Part shown: positions 37,782-49,930 of the stretch, piece after piece
Layout: every line of letters begins with the position of its first letter
How positions within the stretch are numbered: position 1 is the stretch's first letter
Source: Batkoa obscura
Taxonomy: Eukaryota
Assembly (NCBI GenBank): GCA_030770535.1
Contig: JASVEC010000023.1
Span: 62,001 to 126,000 of the forward strand
DNA length: 64,000 nt
Direction of reading: 5' to 3'
Position numbers and translations under genes: made by a program
The notes under the pieces: generated by a model
Told to the model about the DNA's origin: nothing
Databases searched by the model: none
Seen by the model: the letters and a program-made list of their open reading frames with translations, nothing else

Positions 37782-38184
37782 TGTTTTTGAATATTAGTTA
37801 TTCGAAGAGTTGGGTTGTATATTGGATTTATTACGATTGTTAAGAAGAGTTAATTAATTATTGATATTTTAAATATTAAACTTTGAATTCATCTTTTTTA
37901 ATAAAATCGCTAAGTAGTTTTTTATTGCTTAGAAAATATGAGTCAATGTGCTTTTAAATTCTACAAAATAAATTTAGTTTTAATTTTCATGACTAAATAA
38001 ATTTGAAAAGCTAAATACACTTTTTCTTGCCCAAAAAATGTCAACTTAGATTTAATGCTGTATGACGTTAAAATGCTTAGAATCATTGATCTTATATCAT
38101 GAACACAATTTCCATTATAAAAAATGATATTTCAACTTGAATTAATTAATCTTCTTTAATAATTTTAATGCTTAATAAGTGATA

Positions 38185-39930
38185 ATGTTTCATCCAGTCA
38201 GTAAAAGAAGGATACGAAGTAAACAAGATGTAGCTCGAAGTCGAATGGATCAATTAAATGGCATCATACAAAATTATTTTGCTTTTATAAAAAATATAAA
38301 CGACCCTGAAGTACGTAAAATTAGTTATGGTAAGTCATTAATTATCTCTAATGATATATTATTTACTAAATAACTAGATTATTTAAGTTGGGTTAATGAA
38401 CAATTAAAGCACCAAAGAGAAGAAAAAGATATAGATGAAAATGAACGAGAAACAATTAGAATTGGTACTTTTAAACGAGAATTAGGTCTCAGCTTCAAAA
38501 AACATTTAAATGATACAGTATTTTCCATTCCTAATGCTAATTATCATTTTGCTAGTGGTCTTTTTGATTTTGGCAAATTTTTAGAGACAGGAACCTTTAT
38601 TTTTACCGTTATTATTGATCCATATAACCTATGGCTTGGCCATGATACTATATTACAAATAACAAGAAAAGATAATAACGAATTACTAACTTATGTATTT
38701 TTTGCCTTTTTAGCTCGATTTACATTACGTTGGGATACCGAAAATTATAAAGTGATTTATAGTAATAGCTTAAAAAATATTCGATTGTTACTTCCAAATG
38801 CTTATTCAAAACCAACGTATAATAATATAGTTGCTCTTGGTTTAATGAGTTATTTAGCTTTATCACATGCTAATTTTCATTTAGTTGAAAGATATTTCTT
38901 TTCTTCTGTTAGATTAGCGCAAATGTTAGGTTATGATACGGAGAATTCGTGTGTAATAGCCAATACAAAACCAACCGAATATATAGATCCTCAAGTTTAT
39001 CGAGGCAAAAATTTATGGAATGCGTTATATGTTGGATATTTATCCTATTCAGCTATTATGTTAGATTTTCCAGTCTATCATTTTGAAATTGATACCGCTA
39101 AATTAGCACCTTATTTAGAAAGTATTAATTTTAAATATAAAGAAGTGGATCAAAAAAAACAATTAAAAAAAGAATCAAAAATTGTTGCTAGACAATTTGA
39201 TTTCTTTGACATTATAACTAATGTTAATTTAACTATTGTTAAACACGCTCTTAAAGTTAAAAGCGAGAAACAAAATAAGTTAGCATTGATGCCAAATGAT
39301 AATTTGAGATTGCCTTCAATAGAATTTAATCATTATTTCAATAAGTTAATGAATTTAAATACAGAATTAGATCAGATTATTTCTAATGCTGACAATACAC
39401 AGTGTACAGTTAATAAGCTATTAAAAATATTAACAAATGGAACAATCATCGTATTATGCTATCCCTTAGCTTTGATTTATCCTAAGCCAATAGAATTTAA
39501 AATGAAAGAAATGGAGTTATTGTATAACATAACAAATACCTTATTTGATATCATCTTTCAACCTGAGAGTCATAATAACCTAACAGGTATTTTAAATATG
39601 ATTTATGAAGTTTTGAAAATCGTTGAAAAGTTTGAAGTAAATCAAGATATGTTTTCTTGTAGTCAATTTAGTTGTTTAATTTACATCTATTTTAATATTA
39701 TTCATCAAGCAACAATTAATGAATTTGATATGTTTTATAGAAGTAAAATGGAGCATTCAATGACTAAGACATTGGTTATTTTAGATGCTTTGAATTTGTT
39801 AGCAAAGAATAGTAAAAAAAAGATACGTAATGATGCCATTTTAAATCTAAGAAGAATTAGTAAGGCACTCAATAATTTTGTATTGCCAACAGAATTTATC
39901 GATAGTATTAAACCTAAATTATGTTTTTAA
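38185..39930 (+). CDS. Fungal transcription-factor middle-homology-like protein without an evident Zn2Cys6 cluster, 2 exons
   Basis: Long ORF after the intron at ~38330-38377; YFFSSVRLAQMLG...RGKNLWNALY pattern. Confidence 0.5.
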
Positions 39931-40526
39931 ATAAACAAATCAAGCTATTAGCCGTATGTTTTATTATATCCATAGGTGATTGTTTTTGTTTCTGTTGTTA
40001 TTATTTGATGCTTTAGCCTTTTATTTCTGGATGTACCTTGATTTTGTTTTGCATTTTTTTAATTAAATTGAGTGGAAGAATTGATAGTGTAGTTTTTCAA
40101 CAACAGGTACATATATTTATATGAAAACTCAACTTTGCTATTTGGAATTTTTATTACTTAAATTGTAAATTTTGTGGTGAAAGTATGAGATCAATAAAAC
40201 TAAAAATTGATCTTTGATAAAAAACAACATTATTCAGCTTTGAAAAAACCTATGATACTTTAAAGTGGATTAAAATTTTGGATTTTACTTTGATTTTTTA
40301 TGAATTTTAATAAACACTTCTCTTACATTAAATTTTTGTATGTAAGTTGAATGCTGTATAAAAATAAAGCATATTATTTAGTACATTATTAATTTATCTT
40401 TATTGTTAATGGTGACCTTGATAGTTTACAAGTATGGATTTAAAAAAAGATACAGGGATATCCAAATTCATTTTTCAGAACTTAATCCAAATTTTAAGTT
40501 TCTAAATTTCCAAGTCTTTAATATAT

Positions 40527-40725
40527 GAAGGTATCTTCTAGGCTTCACTTTTACTACCTTTTAAGCGTTATTTGAGCAGAAAGATAGTTGACAAATTCTT
40601 AAATACAATAACAATAATAGGGGATGTATTTTTTTGCCCAACAATTTCTAACAATTTTTCCATTCAAATAGTGCTTAAAAAATGGAAAAGTAATGAAACC
40701 AAAAAAACATCCCCAATACATCCCC
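40527..40725. mobile_element. MITE copy 10 (-) with MITE copy 11 (+, 40620-40714) nested in its end
   Basis: Outer TSD ATAT/ATAT; inner GGGGATGT...ACATCCCC with TSD AATA/AATA. Confidence 0.85.
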
Positions 40726-41194
40726 ATATATTAAAGACTTAGAAATTTAGAAACTTAAAATTAAATAAAAAAACTGAAAATTTATTTTTATTGTTTTATT
40801 TTTATTAAATATTTAGTAGATATATATTATAGAAATATATAGCTATTTGATTTTATTTTTTATTAAAATAAGAACAAAATGAAAGCTTTTATAACTAAAC
40901 TTTAAAATGAATTTTTAAAAAATTTAACAGAATAGTGAAAAGCATACTATATAGACATTATAATTTATTTATGTCGATTTTGATAACTATTTATGATAAC
41001 CCAAAATTCATAAGGTTTTACAATAGAGTAAAAAAACTTATTGAAATCTATTATTAATAATGTACCTTATCAAGTAGTACATAAAATTAATACTTTGAAG
41101 AAAATAGAAAATAAAAACCAATAAGTAGTATTATTATCAACTATAGCTTTAATGTATTTTTTGATAAATGTAAAAGTTTTAGATTTAATATAGG

Positions 41195-41657
41195 TGTGAA
41201 ATCTGGTACTTAGGGTTTGGAGTCAAGAACAGCTATTGCTGGGTTGACTACACTATAAGTCGAAAGGTCTTAGTTTATGTGACTAAGATAGACTTGGATT
41301 ATGAGGAATAGCACGTAATAGGTTACAATCTATATAAGACAAATAGAATAGACAATACTAATGTAAATCTATGTAAAATACTATTAAGAAAACTTAGTGG
41401 CTTTATTAAATGTTCGAGATATCAGGTAATAATTCAGTTAAAAAGCCTCGAACTATTATACTCTGTAAACTCTTTTATACTCTGAAAAGTATAAATATCA
41501 AAATGAGAAGATAATATTCTTTTGGATGGAGCTAGAAATTCTCATAACAAATCAAAATAAGAACATGGGATTGATTGTCTCTAAACTCGAGAACACAACA
41601 GCTTAGGCGATTGTTATGTTATAATTAACCATGGGACTGAGAAAGCGATATTTCACA
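41195..41657. mobile_element. Solo-LTR-like insertion (463 bp)
   Basis: TGTGAAAT...ATTTCACA inverted TG...CA ends, direct TAGG/TAGG flanks, no ORF. Confidence 0.7.
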
Positions 41658-41658
41658 T

Positions 41659-41752
41659 AGGAGTGTTTTTTTTGACTTCTGCTTTTTCCATCTTTTAAGA
41701 ATTATTTGGGGGGAAATTATTGGTAAAATTCTTAAGCACAAAAATATACCTT
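41659..41752 (-). mobile_element. MITE copy 12 (terminus hit by the solo LTR)
   Basis: AGGAGTGTTTTT...AATATACCTT then ATAT; left ATAT at 41188-41191. Confidence 0.85.
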
Positions 41753-41998
41753 ATATGCAAAAAATCGTTTAATAATTTAATATTTAAAAAACCTCTATTT
41801 AAAAAAATTAATATATAAGTAGATACAGGAAATCATTTTAAATTTCAAAAGTTCTTACGTGTTTGAAAAAAATCATTTTATAAATAATAGTTTAAACTTT
41901 AATTTTTTTGCTAAGTGTTATAAAGTATAGTTAATAAACATTTTAAAAAATTTTCAGTAAAAAAATGACCTTAAACCATTAGGTAAAATAAAAGATAT

Positions 41999-42096
41999 GG
42001 GGATGTATTTTTGTATTTGAGAATTTTACTAACAATTTTTCCACTCAAATAGTGCTTAAAAGATATAAAAAATAATGAAGCCAAAAAAACATCCCC
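41999..42096 (+). mobile_element. MITE copy 13
   Basis: GGGGATGT...ACATCCCC, ATAT/ATAT flanks. Confidence 0.92.
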
Positions 42097-42969
42097 ATAT
42101 AAATTTGTAATAAAATAATTTAACGCTGTATTAAGTATTTTTGCTTTTTAATAAAGAATTTATTTTCATAGAATTTTAGGTGAAGTTTGTAAGATATAAA
42201 ATATCTAAAAATTAGATAAAAAATGAAACCAATTCGGACATCCCTATACAGTTTGATTTGAGAATGGAAATATTTTATCCTTTAAAAAAACAATAAACAT
42301 CACAAATAATATTAGTATTAATTGTTATTACTGGGAAATATAATTAATACTCACAACTTTTTTTATTTTAATTTGTTATGCTTATAAAAGTAATAATATA
42401 CTTAAATAGCTAAAAATTAGAAAGTTGAAATTTTTAACATGTCAAACTGTTGAAATCTTAAAAATTTCAATGTAAATTTATCTATAATTAGTAATTAAAA
42501 TTAAAATTGAAATTTCATAGGATAATGAAATATAAATTAATATATAATCTTGCTATTGATCATTAATTGTAAATAAATTAATCTTTGAAGTTAGATTTTC
42601 AAAATTCCAGCACAGTTTTTGACCTATTGCTTTAGCTAAATATTTGATTTGTTTGCCAAGTGTTTAATTTTATTTTTAATTATTTATCAGGCACTTGAAT
42701 TCCATATTTGGCTACATATTGTTCCAATCGAAAGTAGAATTTCAAATAAATTGAAAATGAAACAAGTACGCTATTCAACCAATCAAAAAGATCAAAACTT
42801 AGGACTAACTCAATCAAAACCAATAAAAAAAATTACGTATTTCTTCTTGTGATAAATCAGATGAGGAGCAAGTGGGAAATGATTGGATGTAAAAGAAGGA
42901 GACGCTAATTAAAATAAAATAAAATGGGATAAAAAGAAATTTGAAGTTAATTTTTTACTAAGATAAAAG

Positions 42970-44689
42970 ATGAAAACAGACTATAAGGTTGGCGAAAAGG
43001 TTTGGGCTAAATTAAAAGGATATCCTTGGTGGCCTGCAAGAGTAATTTTTTTATTTTATTAGTGAAATTGTTATTTTTTCTCTCGTTTAGTTTTTGTTTG
43101 AGCTTTTAATTTTGTATTTTTAATTCTTGATTTACTTTTTAGATTGAAGATGAAGCTAATTTACCTAAAAAAGTATTAAGTAAGAAACCAAAAAATCATA
43201 GTATAACTGTATGGGCGGTTTTTTTTTATGGTTCAAGAGATTAGTAAGTTATTAGTTGATAAAAAGATAATAATAATTAATAAAATTAGTGGTTGGTTTA
43301 ATAAAGATAATTTAAGAGATTTTGACGATCACTTTGAAGAATATAAAACTCCAGCCAGAAAAACAAATTTATTTACCGAAGCTTTAAAGCAAGCGCAGGA
43401 TCCAGCTGTACTGCAAAAAATTATCGAGGATGAGGAAAAGCTAAAGGAAGATGACCCTGAAGAAGAAGAAGAAAAGAAAGAAAAATCAAAGAAAGAAAAG
43501 GTAGTTAAGAGAAAATCATCGAAAGTGGATATCAAATCTGTTAAAAAAGCTATTCAACCTCCCCCCAATCCCTTGAAAAGTCATACGATGGAAACTAGAA
43601 CCTCTAGTAGGTTTAATAAGCCTCCTAAAGAAAATCCTTTCCCTGATCTAGTAATCTTTATTTCTATACCATTTACGTTAAATTAATTCTTTTTTTTAGA
43701 CTGGTCTTAGTAATTTAGATGGTAGTTAATTATAATATAGCTTTAATTTTTTGTTAAATCTTAATTTTTTAGCACTAAGGAGCCTTCGTCAAGCATTACA
43801 AAAAGCTACCCTTAAAAACAACTACGAAGTAATCATTTTGATCAATAATAGTGGTAAATAATAATAGACATTCATATAGGATACATTTTTGGTTGATAAA
43901 ATCATTTATGAACTTGAACAATCTAGGGCATTAATTGAAGATGTATTAGTAAGTCTATTACTTAAGAGCTCAAATAGGATAGAAGATAATGATTTTTATT
44001 AGGAATCTAAAATTTCCAAATTAATACGCCACCTTTTAGCTCAGCCAATCCCAACTTCTCGATTCAATTTTAAAAGGAGACTTACCGACTTAGTATTGAA
44101 ATATAAGAACCAAAAGAATAATAACAATAATGGTATTCTAAATGCAACTACTATAGAAGAAAAGAAAAGACTCATTCAAGAAAAGTTGGATAAAGCTGAT
44201 ACAGGTAACTTGTAATACAATTATCAAAAATTAAGATCTAACATTATTAAAGTCAAAGGCGCAAATAAGGATGATATCAAACCTGAAGTAAAAAAGGACG
44301 ATATTAAGAAAGACAGCGATGAAGAAAAAGAAACAAGTAATAAAGAAGAGGAAAACAGTGAAAAAGAAAAAGACATTGAAGAAAAAGAAACCAAAGAAAA
44401 AGAGGTTGAAAAAAAGGAGACTGAAGAAAAAAAAGCTGAAGAAAAAGAAATTGAAAAAAAAGAAACTGATGGAAAAGAAATCAACGAAAAAGTAGTTGAT
44501 GAAAAAGAAGTCGAAGAGAAGGAGGAGATTAAACCAAAAATAAATGGACAAGACAAAAAAGAAAACCATAACCATGAAATAAATAATGTTGAGAAGAATG
44601 GAGATGCAAAAGAAGATAAGCAGGATAATTCAACTAATAAATCAGTAGATAAAGAAGATAGTAGTGGCTCTAGTATTACAAAGGACTAA
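42970..44689 (+). CDS. PWWP-domain chromatin protein with helical middle domain and EEKEx-repeat tail, multi-exon
   Basis: YKVGEKVWAKLKGYPWWPAR; VFFYGSRD; includes a 22-nt micro-exon at ~43700-43721. Confidence 0.88.
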
Positions 44690-44863
44690 GTTTTTTATTT
44701 TCAATTAATAATAAGATAATTAAAAAATAAATCTTATTATTTAACTCTCTCTTTTTCTGTAATCCCCTCATTTTATTTTTTTAATTTCTTATTCCATTAA
44801 AGCAAATTAAAACATATACATAAGAAAATCATAATTTTTACAGTTTTTATTACTTTATTGATA

Positions 44864-46286
44864 TTATTGATTAAATAAATCTTTATACTCCTGCCTAAGT
44901 TGATTAAAAGTGCTCGTAATCCTCTGCTTTATAACTTCAATTTTATAATCTTTATCATGTTGTAGTCTTTGGACTTTACCATTTTTGATATCTGGGGATA
45001 TAAAATTACTCATTCTTTTGTGTACTCTTTTAAACTCAAGCTAATTCAACTATTAGCATATAATTACTAGATTATACAAAATACAACTTACCCTTTTTGA
45101 TTCAATATCTAGAGATTCATTGTCTACATTAATACAATAATACTGATATAAATGATTGATCCAAAAGTTAGTATATGTTTTCTCATTTTCGCCCTGAATA
45201 ATAGGGCAGAAGTCTCGATGCTGAATATCTAAATTTAAATTAGGTTTGTTTAATTTAGCATTGACAGCACCTAAAAATGAAACATTATAATATAAAACTA
45301 AAATTAAACGACTTACTTCTATAGACCTTTTTTTGATCGAAATTCCATAATCCTAGTTTACGATGACATAACCAACATTGTAAGCTACCTTTTAAAACTT
45401 GGCTCTTTTTTTCAATTATTGGGTACCATCCAGATAAGCATATTAATACTTCAGTCATACTTAATTCCATATTGAATTCTTTTTTTAACGCTTCAATTAA
45501 ACTATCACTGTTAACCATATCGCTCTATATGTTAATGTCTATTTACTTAATAATTAAACATTATGAATCTTACTATCGTATAAGTTAAGCTAATTTTAAA
45601 TTGACTTAAATAAGGTTGAATCAACTGAATATGAAATTTAAATTGAGTTAAAAAACTATTGATTGGAACAATGGGTATTTGATACACGCTAATATCAGTT
45701 TGAATAAATCTCCAAGGGCATTCGAGATTATGAGATTGCACTAGTAGTTCATTTGAGAATCCTTTAGATCCATCGATAACATTGTCACAAAAAGTACAAG
45801 TTAACTCGTTTTTTTTAGTATTGATATAACCATTACAAGCACATACAACTGGGCTTAAATTATTAGCTGGCTTCCAAGTTAATAACTTATAGCTGTTTAA
45901 TCGCTCTAATAAATCCAATAGACTCCAGCTACGAAATTTAATCTTTTCTGTTAGCTTCAGGTTTTTTAGATATTCTTGTTCTAAGTAGAAAGGGCCCAAG
46001 AATCTATAAATAGTATTATTAAAGAAAAGCATTATATTGCTTTTTTACTATACCTTCCTTCTTCATCAAAGTATTTATCTTTATCCTTAATCTCTTTAAT
46101 TTCCTTTTCTTTTTTCAGTTGATAGCTTTCAATGATACTATCCTTAACACTCTTCGGTAAAAAGTGAAACTCTTTTATCTGATTAATAATGTGTTTGTTA
46201 TCTTGCTTATCATCCTTTTCAACTTGGTGGTATTTTCTTATCACTTGCTCAACTCGATACTCGTCGACAATTGTTATGTCTTGCAT
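44864..46286 (-). CDS. C3HC zinc-finger protein (NIPA/ZC3HC1/Rsm1-like), multi-exon
   Basis: FRSWSLLDLLERLNSY...LSPVVCACNGY...LTCTFC...HNLECPWR; second module LSGW...LQCWLCHRKLGLW...QHRDFCP. Confidence 0.85.
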
Positions 46287-46686
46287 TTAATTTTGATTTT
46301 GAAAAAAAATAAAACTAGATTATTTAATTTTAATACTTTAAGCTTGAACTTTTGAGTTCCAATTGAATAAAAAAGTTTCAATACCAAAAATATATTTTTA
46401 CAAAAAGTGAAAATAAATTATTAAGCATTAACTTCATCTTATAAACTATGTAATTATACAAATACCAAGCGTCTATCTAGTACAAATTTATTATGTATAT
46501 ATTTGTCCTTCATATATTGCCACCTCATTGTATATTTTTTTTATGATTAAAATTTATAGTAAAAAAAGGGCATTTAATTGGTTAAAGCCAGTAGAATCAA
46601 AGTACTCATTCTTAAACTCCCATTAAAAAGCAAAGTTTATTACGAATAGAAAAAAATCAATTTTAGTTTTATATTTTCATCTAAAA

Positions 46687-48525
46687 ATGCTTTGTACTAG
46701 TAAGTAGAATAATACACATATTGATAACATTATACTAACAAAAATAAAAGTAAGCGGAGAGATTCCATCGGAACCAGTCATATCAATAAAAAGTGGACAA
46801 ATTTATGAAAAGTCATTAATTGAAAAATATCTTCCAAATAACCAGTTTAAAGAACCTATTACAAACTATGAGATTTCTTTAGAAGACTTAATCCCAGTAA
46901 AACAAAGTAGTTTTTTATTTATTTGATTTATATAATTCATACTAAACTATATCTATTTTCTAGGTAATAATTTACCACCTAGACCACCAACAATGAGTTC
47001 AATTCCATCTTTACTTTCTGTATTTCAAAACGAGTGGGACTCTGTAATGTTAGAGGTGTTTACTTTGAAACAACAATACCAACAAGTTAGACAGCAACTT
47101 AGTCATGCTTTATATCAAAACGACGCTTCTGCTAGGGTCATTGCCCGTCTTATTAAGGAACGTGACGAAGCTAGAAAGTAAGAAATGGTCTTGTTTTTTA
47201 AATATAATTTAATAATTTTTTTAGAGCTTTAACTGAAATTAATGAAACAATTGGAGCACAACCTATTCATGGTAAATGGAATTGAAAAGAGAAAATATTA
47301 GTTTAAGTAATTTAATCATTTTATTTTAGTTGAAACAAATGGCTCTGAACAACAAGAAATTGGACTTAGTGAAGAAATCGTTCAAGCTATTCAATCAAAG
47401 AGTGAAGAGTAAATTAACACTTAACTAAGATGAATATAATATTAATTCATATTATAGACTTTCAAAACAACGTAAAAAACGAGCCACTCCAGAAGGTATG
47501 GCTTCACCAGACCAAATTGCTTCATTTACTCAAATTAAAGCTATCAACTCTTTACATTCAAAGGAAATTGTTGGTATCAATTCAGTACAATTCATGGACG
47601 GTTATATAGCCACTGGAGGCAATGATGGTAAAGTACAAATATACAACGTAGCTGAAGATACATTAGTATATGGATTTGAAGCTGCACAAAATAAAATAAA
47701 ATCTATTGTTTGGTGTGATGAAACAAAGAGAATATTTGCTATTTCTGAAACCAGTCACAATGTTGTATGCTGGAACCCAATAGCTCAAGATAATTTTAGT
47801 GAATGGACTGTTGCCGGTGAATTGCCAGGGCATAATGGCCAAATCACTTCTTTTTCTTTAAACCCTATACGTAAATACGGAGCTTCTACTTCCCTTGATG
47901 GTACCTGGCGTCTAATTGATACTTTTACTGGAGAAGCAATTGTTACATTCAATAATTCAGATAAGTTTGGTGAGTTATTTGTAAGTCATAGAAAATATAT
48001 ATTAATATTAATTAGGGTATACTTGTGGAGCTTTCCATCCAGATGGTGTTTATTTTGCTACTGGAACTGAAAACTCAGTAGTACAGATTTGGGATGTCAG
48101 TAAAAAAACAAAAGTAATAGATTTTGAAGGACATACTGGAGCTGTAACTTCGATTTCATTCTCAGAAAATGGGTAATTTAATTTATATGTATATAAGCTA
48201 ATTTATTGATTGTTCTTATAGTTACTATTTAGCAACCACCTCCGAATCAAATGAATGTAAATTATGGGATCTTCGTAAACTAAATAATTTCAAAACAATC
48301 CAGTTACCAGCCACAGTTTCCAAAGCTAAATTTGATCAACATGGTCTCTATTTAGCTGTGTTAAGCGAAGAGCAAGTGGCTATCTTTAAAAATAAGTCTT
48401 GGAGTGAACCATTGGTTACTCTACAAGCGCCCGCTACAGATTTACAATTTAGCCCTCTTAGTGATAATGTGTTGACGGTGAGCAAAGGGGAAGCTGGGGT
48501 ACATATCTTTGGCAATAAGAATTAA
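46687..48525 (+). CDS. PRP19: Pre-mRNA processing factor 19 (U-box + WD40), multi-exon
   Basis: [40 protein letters not shown]...[35 protein letters not shown]. Confidence 0.97.
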
Positions 48526-48875
48526 AAAATAGGCTATAATTGAAGTGATGAAATTTTTATATTTTAGTATTTGAACAATTTATTAATCTTTATTTTTTAA
48601 ATATTTAACATTATTTAAAACTATCATTATAGTTATTAGAACAGTGCGTACTTTATACCACATGATTTTATTATCGTTCCTAATATTCTAACTTGTAAAG
48701 TGATCTAAGTCAAAATACTGAATGATTATTATTAACATATATTCTACTTCCAATAGTATACATACCAGATTCTTTGAATATAGTTTTCGAATAAACATTA
48801 ACGAATTTTGATTGGGAGATTATTTACTTAAAATTATATTTCCTACTATTACTTTTTTTCAAAATATAAATAAAA

Positions 48876-49891
48876 ATGCACAATTGCGATGCAATATGGA
48901 ACCAAAGGGATCTTAAAATGCCAGTAAAGAAAGACTCAGTACCAAAGGAAGAAGGAAACCCAAATAAAAGTAAAAGAGAGAATATATATTTACCACTGTC
49001 TACTTACTTATAAATATAGCATTCCAGCTATTTTCATTTAAAAAGCTAAGCCAACATTTATTAAAATTACAAAAAAAGGAGCTATACATTGAGATTTATG
49101 TGTTGTCTAGAATCTATTATAAAAATTTCAACCAGCATAGAGCTACCACTCATTTTAAAATGTTCAGAAAAGTAAGTTTATAAGCATTTGATATTTTATC
49201 AAATAAATTAACTTTCTGTTCTTAGTTTTTTACTCTGTTAAAAAGGATAGATGAAATGAAGCTAAAGCAGTTTAGTAAAGAACTTCTAAGTCGCTTTTAT
49301 AACTCTAAAAGGTAAATTTATATTCTATAGATTTTGGTATTCATGTTTGATATTTTATAGTCAAAAAAAAGTAAAAGAATCTTGGACTCATTTACCAGAT
49401 CCAGAATTTTTAAAATATTCTTTGATTAAATTAACTGGTGCTTACCATTTAATTCAAGCAACTTTTGAAGCCATACCTCCTGTTTATAAGTAAAATTTAT
49501 AAAATTACATTTTAATAGTTAATTTACTTCATTTTTATAGTGGATTTAACCTATTAGTACAGAAGATTGATTTTGTAGCTTTGAGTTTAGCTGTTTTAGC
49601 TTCAATTTCTAGGATCCATTGTTTACTTAAAACTTTGCGAAAGGATTTGGTAATTAGCTTGAATCTTGTAACTTCGCTAGCTGAATATTATAAAGTAAGA
49701 GTCTACCCATTAAATATATTATTTTATTAACTACTGTTATAGACACCTATCAAACTGCCTAAAAAATACAATTTAATCACTTTTAGTAAGCTGGAGATTG
49801 AAGAGTAAACTTAGCACTATTATTTTTTATTTTTGACTAAAATTTAATATTAAGACTAGAAAAAGAAGACAATGAGCAAGAGCGTGTATAG
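48876..49891 (+). CDS. RNase MRP subunit Rmp1 / NEPRO-like protein, multi-exon
   Basis: EIYVLSRIYYKNFNQHR motif; FVALSLAVLASISRI; last exon uncertain (alternative stop at 49808). Confidence 0.6.
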
Positions 49892-49930
49892 AAAATTAAA
49901 GTTTATTAATAAAAATAAAAAGTTCCAGAC

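Larger units (their letters stand above)
40879..41998 (+). pseudogene. Disrupted transposase relic (N-terminal ~110 codons at ~40879-41190; catalytic-region fragment at ~41753-41998)
   Basis: Colinear with ORF 60894-62594 but contains stops, frameshifts and deletions. Confidence 0.88.
40454..42245 (+). mobile_element. Degenerate, internally deleted copy of the Sola2-like element carrying nested insertions
   Basis: AGGGATATCC...GGACATCCCT ends with ATAC/ATAC TSD; transposase relics MKAFITKL, YDNPKFIRFYN, LLSTIA, DTGNHF, SIVNKHF; 42110-42245 matches the 3' end of the intact element. Confidence 0.9.
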
